Shown here piece by piece: positions 47,042 to 64,000 of a DNA stretch of 64,000 bases. Position numbers and translations under genes: made by a program. Location of the stretch: the NCBI RefSeq assembly GCF_009914755.1, contig NC_060932.1. One strand, 5' to 3'. Under the pieces are notes generated by a model. That model had not been told where the DNA came from and made no database searches. It saw only the letters and a program-made list of their open reading frames with translations. This stretch comes from the human T2T-CHM13v2.0 reference genome, Homo sapiens. Numbering within the stretch: position 1 is the stretch's first letter; the number at the start of each line of letters is the position of its first letter.

Positions 47042-47509
47042 TAGCTTAAAAAAATGCAGGAGCTGTGTGCACTCAATTGCAATGGGGAGGACGTTGAAAC
47101 CAGTCCTGTGCAAACTGTAGAGAGTTTCCCTGCTATATGTAGAAGTCCATGCTAACTAAAGAGAAGAGGGGCCTCTCACCCCAAAGAGGGGGATTTTGAC
47201 CCTCAAGGTCCCTGCTGGGCCTGGCTCATCCTGAGAGGAGGGCTATGCTCTGGGGATGAAAAAATGCTCACCCTCAAACCAGTGTCCAAACCACCTAGTA
47301 CCCCTTCTGTCTCTGACAGATAGGAGTCCAGCAGGAAAAGGCCCGGGGCAAGGGTCTTGGAAGGGAGCTGGCAGGAGGTTTGCAGGCGTCCTCCCTTCTC
47401 CTGACTTTCCCTCAAGAGAAAAGCCTTGAAAGTCTAGGGCCGAGATGGTGCAGGACTCATATCTAGTATAGCTCAGACCACATTTGGCTTAGAAAAAAAT
47501 TCCAAAATA

Positions 47510-47800
47510 TTTTTACAGACAGGATCTCCCCCTGTCACCCAGGGTGGTGTGCAGTGGCATGATCAATCGTGGCTCACTGCAGTCTTGACCTGCTGGGTTC
47601 AAGCGATCCTCCTACCTCAGCCTCCAGAGTAGCTGGGACTACAGGTGTGCACCATCATACCCGGCTATTTTTTTTTTTTTTTAAAAGAGACGAGGTCTTG
47701 CTATGCTGCCCAGGCTGGTCTTGGAACTCCTGGCCTCAAGCAATCCTCCTGCTCCGGCCATCCAAAGTGCTGGGATTACAGGCATGAGCCACTGTGCCCG
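47510..47800 (-). mobile_element. AluJ
   Basis: Antisense dimer, ggcctcaagcaatcctcc. Confidence 0.9.
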
Positions 47801-48549
47801 AACAACTTTTTTTTTTTCTTTTAAATTACAATTCCTGGTTGGTGTCAGGCCTCAACCTGAACCAGAACAACCCCAGAGAGAGACTAGGTCTCCAGACAGA
47901 GCTTTAAATAACCTCCTCTAATTCTCTTAAGTGTTATGATATAACAACACCTTTCTCTCTCATCCACTACTTGAAGTCAAAAGAGACTTCAGAATCAAAT
48001 TTTTCAGTTTCTCAACTACTTTTACAGATAACAGTGGCCCACAGACTGAGTTCTAACAACTACTATTTAATAAAATATTTGCTGGGTGAAGACTTCCAGG
48101 AAGGGATAAATAAGAGAGCTCTCTCCTGCAGCCTTGTTTCCCAATTTCTCCTCTACTCCCACTTTGACCCTTTGTGCCTGATGAGAACATGAGGGCTGGA
48201 GCTTAGGCAACCATTTTACCACCATGAGTTGGAATGCTTAAGACTAAACAGTGAGCTAAGTAGAGTGTAAGAATGGAAATACTGGTCTTCAGTGATGTCA
48301 ACCGCTAAACCAACAATGGAATAAACTGCCTTTAGATTTCTTTAGTAAACAATAAACATGCTCATGTTTTAGCCACTTTTAGTCAGTTTTTCTGCTACTT
48401 GCAACTGAACACATCCTAATGTATGCCATGTTCTGGGGCCCTAAGTATTCCAATGAGTCCTGGGAAGAGTCATGGATCCCTGTATGGCAAATACAAGACG
48501 AGCTTATGCTCTGCACTGCTAGCCTTTCCCTTCAAAGCTCTATGTGTTT

Positions 48550-48899
<350 letters not shown>

Positions 48900-49513
48900 T
48901 GATTCTGTCTCATGTCTGCTAATTAATCCTGCTGTTTTCCTTCATTCTTCCCAAGCACAGGCTCTTTTATTCCCTCCATATCCCACCTGTGGAGGAGGAG
49001 TTGTGTTTGTTATTGTTTTAGAATGCACGGTTGATTTCTACGACAGAAACCGGTATACCAGTGGCTTAAACAAGAGACAGCCTCCTCTTGCCCTCATGTA
49101 ATAGTCAGGTGTGCACAGTTCAAGGCTGATATGGAGATTCCATGGTAGCATGGAGGCAGGCTCCTCTCTCGGGTCTGTCAGCTATGGGTATTGCCTGATA
49201 CATTACAGCTTACTGCCATACTCACAGCCAGCAGTGGAAAGGAGACAGAGGTGGGGGAAGAAGGACCAGGCCCCTCCCTTTAAAGTCATAATCTGGAGGT
49301 GCCACGTGTCACTTCCAGTACCATTGGCCATTCTGCTTCCTATTGGCCATTCCTCAGTGCTGGGGGTTGGAAAATGCAGGCTTACTGTGAAAGGAGTGCA
49401 GGATGGCATTTGGGGGTAGCTGGCAATTATGCCAGTCTTGATCATCGCTGGATCCACAGCTCCTAGGACAGTATCTGACACATTATTAGTATTCAGTATA
49501 AATTTATGGAATG

Positions 49514-49872
<359 letters not shown>

Positions 49873-50591
49873 TTATGGAATGAATGACTAAATGGATTAT
49901 AATAATTTGTTCTTGGTTTATCTCATGAACTGTGAGCTCCTTGATGGCAGGTATTTCTGTTACGATAATAAAATACCTAATTCAATAGTAAGTGCACATT
50001 GAATGAGTGAATGAAGATGTAAGATCAGTCTTTTATCCACCCTCCACCTCCCTACGTGATCATGGTCTCATGATCACTGAACATTTAAAGACAGAGCCAT
50101 CCGCTTGGACCATCCTTGGCCCCTGCTCACATTGTGACCTGTTCTCTCTATTTTCAGCTTCACCTCAGTTCTATTTTCACCTTCACCTCCAGGCCCCACC
50201 TGGATTGGGCCCTGTCTCTGAGGTCTGCTGAATCAGTCACAGGTTGGTGGGGGACTGGCTCTGCTTTCAATTCAGCCCTCGGTTCTCAGGTGCTGTTTGT
50301 ACACCACCCTCATCATCTTCAGGGATTTCTGCATCCCAAAGCATGTGGCAGGGCCTCATGGGAACATGCTCAGGCTTTGGAAGGTGGCTTACATTCTGAA
50401 AGACAGTGTTGTGTCCTGGATGGCGCTCTGACCTGGATTTTGGTGGTAATAAAATGTGATTAAGGGCATAAGCTTTGGAGCTGGGTGGATCTGGGTTCAA
50501 ATTCCAGGTCTGATGATAAAAGTGTTGTAAAATTAATTATGGTATAGTTGCAAAACCCTGTCAATATACTAGAAACCATCAAACTATACCT

Positions 50592-50910
<319 letters not shown>

Positions 50911-51211
50911 TAAATGGGTGAATTATATGGTATTTGAATTATGTCTCAATAAAGTGTCCTTAAAAAGTCATCTCTGTTTTTTCTTAGTTGTGACCTTGCC
51001 AAATCTCTCTGCATTTTTATTTTTCTCCTCTCTAATATGGGGGAACTAATAATTACCTCATAGGATTGCTGTAAGGCTTAAAATGAATGATGTATATAAA
51101 GCTTTTAGCATAGTGACTGACACATAGTAATACCGTTTTCTTTTAATTCACTCTAAGGCTTAATTTCTAATACTGATTCTGCTGCTAGCTAGTTTTGGAA
51201 ATGTTGGGAAG

Positions 51212-51626
51212 TGTGTTAATCTATTCTCGCATTGCTGTAAAGGAATACCCGAGACTGGGTAATTTATAAGAAAAAGAGGTTTAATTGGCTCATGATTCTG
51301 CAGGCTTCACAGGAAACATGATGCCAACATCTGCTCGGCTTCTGGGAAGGCTTCAGGAAGCTTCTAATCATGGCGGAAGGCGAAGGAGGAGCAGGCACAT
51401 TACATGGCCAGAGCAGGAGCAAGAGAGGGGAGGGTGCCTCACACTTTTAAACCACCAGATCTCTTGAGAACCCACTCACTATTGTGATGACAGTATCAAG
51501 GGGATGGTACTAAACCTTTCATAATCTGCCCCCATGATCCAATCGCCTCCCACCAGGCCCCACCCCCAGTATTGGAGATTACATTTCCACATGGGATTTG
51601 GAGAGGACAACATCCAAACTGTATCA
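51212..51626 (-). mobile_element. MST (MSTA/B-like) solo LTR
   Basis: tgtgttaatctattctcgcattgct...ggacaacatccaaactgtatca; perfect TSD GGAAG. Confidence 0.9.
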
Positions 51627-51799
51627 GGAAGTTTTCTAATAACCTCTGGGCTTCAATTTTCCCACTTGTGAAATGAGATAGCACTATGTCCTCATGTTTA
51701 TATTACAGGATTACTGTTTAAGCACAGGTAATAGGATACACGTGAAAACTCTTCCTAAACAGATTCTCTTCAGTAATTTAAGGCAGTGATGCTCTGCGA

Positions 51800-52050
51800 A
51801 GCTGTGTAGGTGTTCAAGAAGGCAGAGTCTGCAGCAAGGGTACCCAGGCTCAAATCCCAGATCAACTCTGATCAGCTCAGGCATATTTCTAAACCTCTTT
51901 GTTCCTTTATTTTCCCATCCATAAAATGAGGGTAATGCTGGTGCCTACCTCCTAGGATAATTGAGGTAATTCCATGGATTAGTATGTGCAAAGCACTTAG
52001 AACATTAATTAGAATAGAGTAAGCTCTCAATAAATGTTTGCTATTGTTAT
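51800..52050 (+). mobile_element. MIR
   Basis: ggctcaaatcccag, ataaaatgagggtaat, gtgcaaagcacttagaaca, ctcaataaatgtt. Confidence 0.75.
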
Positions 52051-52061
52051 TTTAAGAAATT

Positions 52062-52362
52062 GGCTGCACGTGGTGGCTTACACCTATAATCTCAGTGCTT
52101 TGGGAGGCCCAGGTGGGAGGACTGCTTAAGCCCAAGAGTTCAACACCAACCTGGGCAACATAGTGAGACCCCATATCTGCAATTAAAAAAAAAATTAGCT
52201 GGGCATGGTGGTGCACTCTGATAGTCCCAGCTACTCAGGAGGCTGAGGCAGGAGGATTACTTGAGTCCAGGAGTTTGAGGTTACAGTGAGCTATGATGGC
52301 ACCACTGCACTCCAGACTGGGCAACAGAGCTAGACCCTGTCTCAAAACAAAAAGAAAAGAAA
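52062..52362 (+). mobile_element. AluJ
   Basis: ggaggactgcttaagcccaagag, gtgagctatgat. Confidence 0.9.
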
Positions 52363-53136
52363 CAGGTAGATTTTGATGGTGAGAGTAGTGACGAAAAATC
52401 TGTGTGGAGCATACTGGAAATCTACTAGCATTATGAAAAGAACACCAATGGATATCGTTTCATATTAGCCACTGCTAAGTGAAACATTTTGCTCAGATCA
52501 CAGGACTGTGCCCTCAAGAAACCATGTAGGCTGTGTCTCAGGACTCTACCTAAGGGCATAATTTATCCAGCCTCTTCTGTCTTCCATTAATCAAAGTTTC
52601 ACCTGATGTGGCATTAACTCCCCTGTGCTTGAAGGTTGTGTGTGGGTGGACGTGCACCCCAGGCAAGTGGATTCTCAGAGCTCTCAGAACCAGGCATGGA
52701 CAGGAAGGAGCTGGAATTGAAAAATATCTCCAGGAAAAGGATGAGCAGAATGTTGGGCTTGCTTCTTTGCAGTTAATTTTTCTCCAGGATCTTGGCTCCT
52801 CAAACTCTGACTATCTCCATAGCCACGACACTGGTGAAAACTCTTAGTAGCTGTTTTTAGGTTGGTCTCTTGGCTTCATGGGGCTTGCAAATCAGTAGAT
52901 GCCTCAAAGGCAGGAGAGGTTCAGAATGTCAGGCTCATCACAAGAGACTTCCTTCTCTCCAGCACCTTTGCCTCTCAGGTTCTGGGCACCTTGATGGTTC
53001 TCCTCTGCCAGTGCAATTCAAAGAGTGGTCCTTAGAACACTGGCATCATCTGTAAGGTTGGTAGAAATGCAAATTCATGAGCCCAAATTTGACCAATTGA
53101 GTCAGGAGCTTTGGGGATGCAGCCCAGGAAACAGGA

Positions 53137-53443
53137 TTTTGTTTGTTTGTTTTGTTTTGAGACAAAGGCTCACTGTCTCCCAAGCTGGAGTGCAGTGGCA
53201 CGATCTCAGCTCACTGCAGCCTCCGCCTGCCTCCCAGGCTCAAGTGATTTCTCTCACCTCAGCCTCCTGAGTAGCTGGGACTACAGACACAAGCCACCAT
53301 ATCCAGGTATTTTTTTGTATTTTTTGTAGAGTTGGGGTTTTGCCATGTTTCTTAGGCTGGTCTCAAACTCCTGGGCTCAAGCAATCCGCCCACCTTGGCC
53401 TCCCTATATGCTGGGATTATAGGCATGAGCCACTGAGCCCAGC
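53137..53443 (-). mobile_element. AluJ inside a MER5A-like element
   Basis: Antisense dimer; left flank tagaaatgcaaattc. Confidence 0.85.
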
Positions 53444-53487
53444 TGGGAAACAGTTTTAACAAGTTCTCTTAAGTACGTTAAAATTGA

Positions 53488-53787
<300 letters not shown>

Positions 53788-54372
53788 TTAAAGTTGAAAA
53801 GCTGTTGCTCTGTGCTTTTCAAAGTACTGGGTTTTAGTTTTTTGGTTTGCATTTTAGTTCAGTTTTGATAGCTATTTTCTGAAAGAGTGTTGATGTGATA
53901 CAAATAATCATGCCTAGGGATGGAAGGCCACAGGGTGCTTTTCAAATGTCATCTCTGTTAATTTGCAAGAATTCGGGTATGTTTTGCTCACTGTTGCTTC
54001 TCCAGCATCTAGAATAACACTGGGCACTCAAGTAAGCTCAGTAAGCATTTGTGGAATACATACAACTCCGTGAGGCTGTTTTTATTATTCCCATTTTACA
54101 GATGAGAAAAACAGAGGCACAGGTGATTAAGTAGCTTGTCTAACATCACCCAAATAGTAAGTGACAGATTGGTATTTGGACTGAAAATTCCAATCCCCAT
54201 GCGTTTCCCATGGTCATGCAGTGGCCTGGGCAGCGGAGGGGGCTGGGCACTGAGGGTGGGCCCAGAAGTGCCAAAGGGAGAAGCAAGAAAAGCGTCCAAC
54301 ATGATTGACCCTGCTGCCTTGAGGATTCGCCTTAGGTGGACGTCACTTCTGAGTCAGGATGCAGTATTGGGG

Positions 54373-54683
54373 GTATTGGAAGCCCCGTTACAGGGCATGC
54401 GCCCTGCCTTGTGGGGGTGGTGGAGTTGCGTGTTTCAGTAGTGGGAAGTTGAATGTGGAAGGCACTAGTGGGGTTGTGTGTGGGACTATTGGAAGCCCAG
54501 TCACAGGGCATGTGCCCTGCCTTGTGAGGGGTGGCAGGGTTGCGTGTTTCACTAGTGGGAAGTTCAATGTGGGGCTGTGTGTGGGAGTATTGGAAGGGAC
54601 TCATGGGGTTGTGTGTGGGAGTATCGGAAGCCCAGTCACAGGGCATGAGTCCTGCCTTGTGGGGGGTGGCGGGGTTGTGTGTG
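54373..54683. repeat. G-rich ~113-135 bp tandem repeat, ~2.5 copies
   Basis: Units start 54373, 54486 and 54621 (tat(t/c)ggaagccc...acagggcatg...cctgccttgtg). Confidence 0.9.
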
Positions 54684-57079
54684 GCACAAGTCTGAACTCT
54701 GCCAAGAGAAGGGACAGTCCGCTCCAGGCTTTCTTCAGAAGGCTTGACTCTCTGCTGCCAAGGGCTTGGCTCCTAGAGCAGGAATGATGGAAAGTTCCTC
54801 CTGCATCCCAAGAGCAAGCAGGTACCTGTAGGAGAGAAGGAATCTGCAGGCAGCCGGATGGAAGCTGCCTGGGTGCAAGCCGAGCCTGAGTGTGGGCAGA
54901 GGGCTGGGAGTCACCTCAAAGGGGCTGCCTGGCCCTGTTTCCCCAGAATAGCCCGGAGGCAGCTGGGATGGGAAGTCCCCGTGGTTTCAGTGGATCCAGG
55001 AAACTGCATCACTAGAGTGTGGGCTCCCTGGGGAAGGGAGGAGCCTTTCCTGGAGGAAGAACTTTCAATAACCCTTCTGCTGTGTCCCCCGTCTCCATGG
55101 AAATGGCTGAGGCCCAAACAAAAAGTCAGCTTTCTTGGGGAAGCGAGGGCTGACCCATCAGCAAAGAGTCTCAGCTATGTGCTGTGGCATTTCCACAGCA
55201 CATCGTGTCACCTGCATCCCATCTGGGTGAGGGCGGTGGCTAGGAGAATTAGCTGGGAGCCAAGGGCAGGCCAGCAGGGAGGGTCTAAGAACAGTACTCA
55301 GAGTGTCCTGTTGGAAGAGACTTCAGAGTTCATCTGGGACACAGGAGTGACATGACTTGCCCAAGGCCACACAGTAAGTCCCGTAGACTAGGACTAAATT
55401 CCCATCCAGGAGTGGTCCTTCCACTGCTCCAGATCACTCCTTCTTTACTAATGGTAAAAGTGCTACTTGCATCTTACATGTATTTAATGTTTACTATGTG
55501 GCAGGCACAGTACTAATCCCTTTCTGCACATTACCTCGGTTACTTCTCACAACAATCCTGAAAGGTACAAACTATTATCCCCAGTTTACAGACAAGGGGA
55601 TGAGTCTGAGCGAGCCTGAGTTTGTTGATTAAGGTCACATAGCTGTTAAGTAGCTGAGCTGGTGCGCAAACCTTAGACATCTGACCGTATACCCTGGGCC
55701 CATCACTGCCATCCTTTTCCTTCATTATTTTCGATCTTCTGCTTCCTCATGTGCCCCAACTTGCTGCCCTCCCCTCTGTGCCCAGGATGGCTCCTAATCT
55801 AAGTGACTAAGTGACAAGCAGCTGTAGGTTTCTGATATTAAGCGCACAGCAGGGGCTGTTTTGTTGTAGAACACAACAGCAAGGAAGAAGCCTTAGGCCT
55901 TTTTTGAAATCACTGTCTAGATTAATAAAATAATCCTTTTCTGATTGCCAAGGTAATATCAGTGCTCTTTGCAGAACACTGAGAAGCTATAAATAAGTAG
56001 AAAGAGGGTAGGCAAAAACCTTGTATGTTTCTTGGCTGTCTTTTCTGGAAATTGCTCCTGTCCTTGCCCATTTATTCGTTGACGATCTTGATGACCTCCT
56101 TATTCATTTGCTTAAGATCAGTGTCCTAAACACTCAAAATTGTGGTAGGCATCTTTTCCCCCCCAATAATTTTTTTCTAATTTGTTGTTATTGCATTTTA
56201 AAAAGTGGTTTTCGATATTGGAAGTGGCTGCCTAGATTTTACGACCTGGTCTCTTGCCCTGCAGATATCTAGTTGCGGAGTTGGGCTGCCTGATTGGCAG
56301 TGGTGGGCTGACTTGACACTGGCTGCAGTGAGTGTTTGCCCATGGCTGTCAAGGTTCTTCTCACCCAGCCTGACCTGCAAAAAAGCAGTTCTGTCCTCCA
56401 AGGCCCTGGCATGTCAGTCAGAAATGCCATTACCATTTATTTTCCTTTCCTGAGAAGTGCAGGGCTTTGCTTAAGGGGCTGAGAGCCGGGACGACAGGAC
56501 TGTAGTTTCGTGCAGGTCCTGGGAGCCTGTTGCATTACCCCTGGATGCAGTTTAAAAGAAAATGATCCTGTAGCATCTCTCTCCTTGTGCATAACTCCGT
56601 TCTGTTTTCACTTGGTGAGAAAGCTCCAAGTTATCATTACAAGCATAATTTGTGTGGCTGGAGGACCATCAGCTGCCTAAACTTGCTCCACAATGATAAC
56701 CTCTCATGGTTGCAATGTCATTTACATGAAGTAGTTTTCACACCCATCCCAGGAAGTAGCCAGAGTAGTTATTATTAGCTTGCTTTGCAGATGAGGAAAC
56801 TGAGGCTCAGAAGCACAGTGGCAAGGCTGGGGCTAGAATCTGAGCTCCAGTGACTGAATGAAGGTAGAGAGCTAAAGCCTGGGGAGATCCTGGGAAAGGA
56901 GACTGTTCTAGAGCTTGGAAGACAAGGTGGGAGGAGGAAGATGCATGTTTGAGGCTGTCTGGGATGTAAGCACAGAATTCACTTGCTTTGCTCATTTGTC
57001 TCGGTCTGTTCTGTCTCCTTCTGCTTCCTCCCTTTCCCCGTGCCAGCTGTGAAAATAATAGGACACACACACACCATGT

Positions 57080-59100
<2,021 letters not shown>

Positions 59101-59306
59101 AAACATACTAACTCTGAGGCATCATCTACAGCTGGAGCTTTCAAACTTTTTTGATCCTAACCCACCATAAGAATTATATTTCATATCACAAACTGGTGCA
59201 TTCATTCATTTTTTTTGGACAAATATTTAGTAACTACTACGTTGTTATACACAAATTAGGCACTGAAGAGACAAAAGTGAAAAAATAGATTAAAAAATCT
59301 TTGCCA

Positions 59307-60140
<834 letters not shown>

Positions 60141-61029
60141 AAGCAAAACCCTAGTGACAGAGGCAAATCAGTGGCTAGCAGGGCTGAAGATGAGGGGGAA
60201 GGGCACCAGTGAGCTTTCTGGAGTCATGCAAATGTCCTGTGTCTCAACTGTGACTGTGGTTACACAGCTGAATACATTTGTTAAAGCTCATCACATTTTA
60301 TACTTTATTAAAAAGGGTGAATTTTTATTATATGTAAATTATATCTCAATAAGCTTGATTTAAAAAGTCTGAAACAAGTTTTATGAAACAATGCTTGATC
60401 TTTTATGTGGATGTACTCTAATCCATTCCATCCCATACCATTCTTTTTCATTAAAACAAAACAAACAAACAAGGCCACACCTATAGTGAACTTTATAACC
60501 TATTAGTGCATCACAAGCAACAGTTTGAAAAATTCTGTTCTATGTTTGCTACTGTTAGTGTAAGAGGAGGTAAATACCATATATGTGAATAGATACTCAT
60601 AGAATGTCTGTAGAAATGTGTATATACAGTATATGTAAATGTGTGTACATATTAACAATAGCAATGAACTTCTTATAAGAAAGGAATTGGGGACTGAGGA
60701 TCAGAGAAGAGAAGGAGGATTTAATAATACTATACATACTTTTGTAATATTTGATTTTTTAAACCATGGGTGTAGGTCACTTTGTAAAAATATAATTAAA
60801 ACATTGAAAAGAAAAGAGAAAAACCTGAGAGCAGAGTTGGGGTCCAGCTGTCGTTTGAACAACCTGTGTTACAATGTCTACGTTGCTTAACGGCTCTGAA
60901 CTCTTTTTCCATTCTCTATAATACAACAATGTGAGCCTATATGAATCCTTTGGCCCTGGGCTCTTAGATATTCCAATTGCTCTTTGAGCCAACCCCTATC
61001 TACTGGGGTATACTGAATTATGAGATACA

Positions 61030-61272
61030 GGAAGTGGGAGGATCACTTGAGGCCAGGAGTTTGAGACCAGCTGAGCAACATAGTGAGACCCTGTCTCTTA
61101 AAAAAAAAAATAATGTTAGCTGAGTGTAATGGCACTCACCTGTAGTCCCACCTACTTGAGAGGCTGAGGTTGGACGATCACTTGAGCCCAGGAATTCAGA
61201 TGCAATGAGCTATGATCACGCCATTGCAATGTAGCCTGGGTGGCAGGGTGACATTCCTTCTCTAACAAAAAC
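61030..61272 (+). mobile_element. 5'-truncated AluJ
   Basis: gggaggatcacttgaggccagg...gagctatgatc. Confidence 0.85.
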
Positions 61273-61682
61273 CAAGTTGTGTGTTCATTCATTTCATCTG
61301 CAAACATTTACTGAGCACGCACAACAGGTGAAGGGCCAGGCTAGAACCTGAGCATATAGTTTTTGCCTCAATAGTCTTGCGGGGGAAAGAGCAATGAATA
61401 AATAAATGGCCCTGCCTTGTATCCTTTGCCACCTATTCTCAAATGCTCCTGCACAACAAAGAAAGGAGCATTTACCTCCACCTGGGTAGATTAAGAGAGG
61501 TGATTGTAGGAGGGTTGGACCTTAAGGATTGGGCCAAGCCTGTGAGTTGGAGGTACAGTAGGAAGGGCATTCCAAGCAGTAAGTACTGCACCACCAAAGG
61601 TGTGGAGCTCTGAACACCTCCCCCACATTCCAACCTCGTGCCTTGTACAGCTTTGCCCAGCCCGGGACACCTCCCCTCCTCC

Positions 61683-61978
61683 TTTTATTTATTTATTTTT
61701 TTGAGACAGAGTCTTGCTCTGTTGCCCAGGGTGGAGTGCAGTGGTGTGATCATGGCTCATTGCAGCCTCTACCTCTCAGGCTCAAGTGAACCTCCCACCT
61801 CAGCCGCCTGAGTAGCTGGGATTGCAGGTGCACACCACCACACCTGGTTGAGTTTTTTTTGTAGAGAAGGGGTCTCACTATGTTGCCCAGGCAGTTCTTG
61901 AACTCTTAGGCTCTAGCAATCCTCCTGCCTTGGCCTCCCAAAGTGATGGGAATGTAGGGGTGAGCCACTACACCTGGC
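61683..61978 (-). mobile_element. AluJ
   Basis: Antisense dimer. Confidence 0.9.
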
Positions 61979-62832
61979 CTCTCCTCCTCCTTGCTCATCA
62001 AATCCTGTCCTTTGGAGGGTCATAGCCCTGAAAAAGCATAGCCAGAAAGGTCTCAGCGAGGTCAGGGAGGGAGAGAGCTGGAGAGTTAGGTTAAGGTCAG
62101 GCTGGGAAGGAGCTGGTGGGACAGGATAAATGGTTTGAACTTGATCCAGGGGCAATGGTGAGCCACTGAAGGGAGATGGGGAGCAGAGTTGACAATAAGA
62201 CCTGCTTCAAAAGTTGAGTCTGGGGTCGGTATGAACCATGGATTGGGGGGTCAAAACCAAAGAATCAAGGATCAATTAGGAGGCCCATGTTTCAGAGGGT
62301 TGGCTCCCCTCACTCTGGCCTGATTCTCTATGGAGCACAAGAGACTCCCACAGAGAGAAAGCCATGCACCTGCTCAGGGCTGTGTTGGTCCCAAGCAACC
62401 TGAAGCCCATTAAACCCCTCTACTGAGAGGATGGGAGAGCAAGGCAGAGTGATGGGTGGCACTTCTGGTGGTCTTAGATTGTGTGCACCAAACCTGGAAA
62501 TGTCCATCCTGAGGAATCCATGGGCCTAACTTCCTCTCCTATAGCACAGAGACAGGAAGTGAGGGACTTCCTCTCCCATAGCACTGGGCACGAGGGCTGT
62601 CATCTCCACCTTTGATGTGCTCACCTCTCGCCTGGAATCCTGCTGGAATGCAGATCCTGATTCAGAAGGTCTGGGCTGAGGCCTGAGATTCTGCTCCCAG
62701 GGCAGCTGCTGGGCTGCAGGCTATGCTGTAGTATCAAGGGTTTAGGCCACATAGCATATACACAACGCAGTGCTGGAATTTGAACACAGGTCTGCCAGGC
62801 TGCATTCATTCTTTCATTTATTCAACAAATCC

Positions 62833-62833
<1 letters not shown>

Positions 62834-62866
<33 letters not shown>
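62834..62866. repeat. (TG)n microsatellite next to a MIR (~62880-63060)
   Basis: Direct reading. Confidence 0.95.
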
Positions 62867-62868
<2 letters not shown>

Positions 62869-64000
62869 AACAAATACAAATGAAATGCTTACTATGTTCC
62901 AGGCATGGTTCCAAATGCTTTATCAACACCAACTCATTCAACTCTCACTACATCCCCAGAGGATTGGGACTATTGTTATCTCATTTTACAGATAAGGAAA
63001 TGGAGGCACAGAGACATGCAGTAACATGCCCAAAGTCAAACAGCCCATAGGTGGCCTAGTGAATGCCATCCTTGCCAGGTGAGCTGCAGGGGCTGAGCCC
63101 TTCCTAGGGCACCGCAACAAATGTGGGGCACTGAGTCTGCAGGCATGGCTGTTTTTGACTTCACAGAACCCAGATGTGGCTCTGGAGCTTGGCTTTAAAT
63201 TCCATGAGTGAAGAGCCTGCAGCCCCATCCCTTCTCATCCCTTCCCCTTTCCAATGAGACTCACTTAACAGCTCTGCCTCTGGCAAGTTCAGAATGGTCA
63301 TCTGTTTAAATGAGGGCTTAGTCTCTATCTACCTTTCCTCCAGAGACCAGAACTCCCGAGTCTCTTATATTTTTGAGAGTAAACTCTGGGCAAAGGCCTA
63401 TGACTTTCAGGAACCAGTGAGACCTGCAGTGGCTCCAACAGACCTCGGTGGCTTCACTTCCAGCTGTGGGCATGGGTTCATTTCTTTACCTCCCAAGGCC
63501 TCAGTTTCCTCTTTGGTAACACCAAGATGACAATAATAGTCCCTCCTTGTAGTAGATGCTGGGGTCACTCTGTACCCATCCTCTGGCTGCTTCGAGGGCT
63601 GTTCCTGGCAGCTCGTTGCTGCCCCTTCTCCAGAAAATTGTCTTAGGTTGAATAAGGGTTCCCCACCTAAGATGTTATGTCCGTTCCTCTTCGAATCCCA
63701 GAGGCAGCCAGAGGTCAATGGCTGAAGAACAGGGCCTGCAAGTCAGACTTACCTTTGCCTTATGGTGAGACTAAATTTGCGATGTGGTTCATGCACCAGA
63801 GCTCCCTGTGGGACCAGACTTGAGCTGCCTCCAGCTGAGACCTACCTCATGCTTGCCTTGCTCCTCCCTGGTCCTGAGAACACAAATGGACCCAAATCCC
63901 TGCCTCAGGCTCTGCTTCCAGAGCACTGATTGGAGGTACCATGTCGCAGAACTTTTGAGATGATTATGTCAATGAATTAGGGCACTGAAATGCTTAGAAG

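Noticed and set aside
54332-54787. Repetitive ORFs that look like a repeat protein, and a CRISPR-like look to the array
   Set aside because: Explained by the tandem repeat; units are contiguous with no unique spacers, there are no cas genes, and the DNA is primate

Overview
Primate, most likely human, genomic DNA. It is rich in repeats: about 38 Alu or Alu-monomer copies, MIR, L2 and old L1 fragments, MaLR/ERV solo LTRs and hAT/mariner MITEs. The main non-repeat landmark is a ~1.1 kb CpG island (~6340-7420). It looks like the promoter and first exon of a minus-strand gene, with a perfect CCG|GTGAGT donor at 6824/6823, so 1-6823 is probably intron and ~7400-64000 upstream intergenic DNA. I cannot name the gene. 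No ORF in the supplied track is a credible protein. I see no complete novel biological system. The best leads are an AUG-GAA-UAAUG overlapping stop/start in the first exon, several local templated or tandem duplications (one bracketed by a 13-bp direct repeat), a palindromic minisatellite born in an Alu linker, a MADE1 hairpin rebuilt by an Alu target-site duplication (TSD), and several motif-dense enhancer candidates. Repeat subfamilies and boundaries were called by eye and are approximate.
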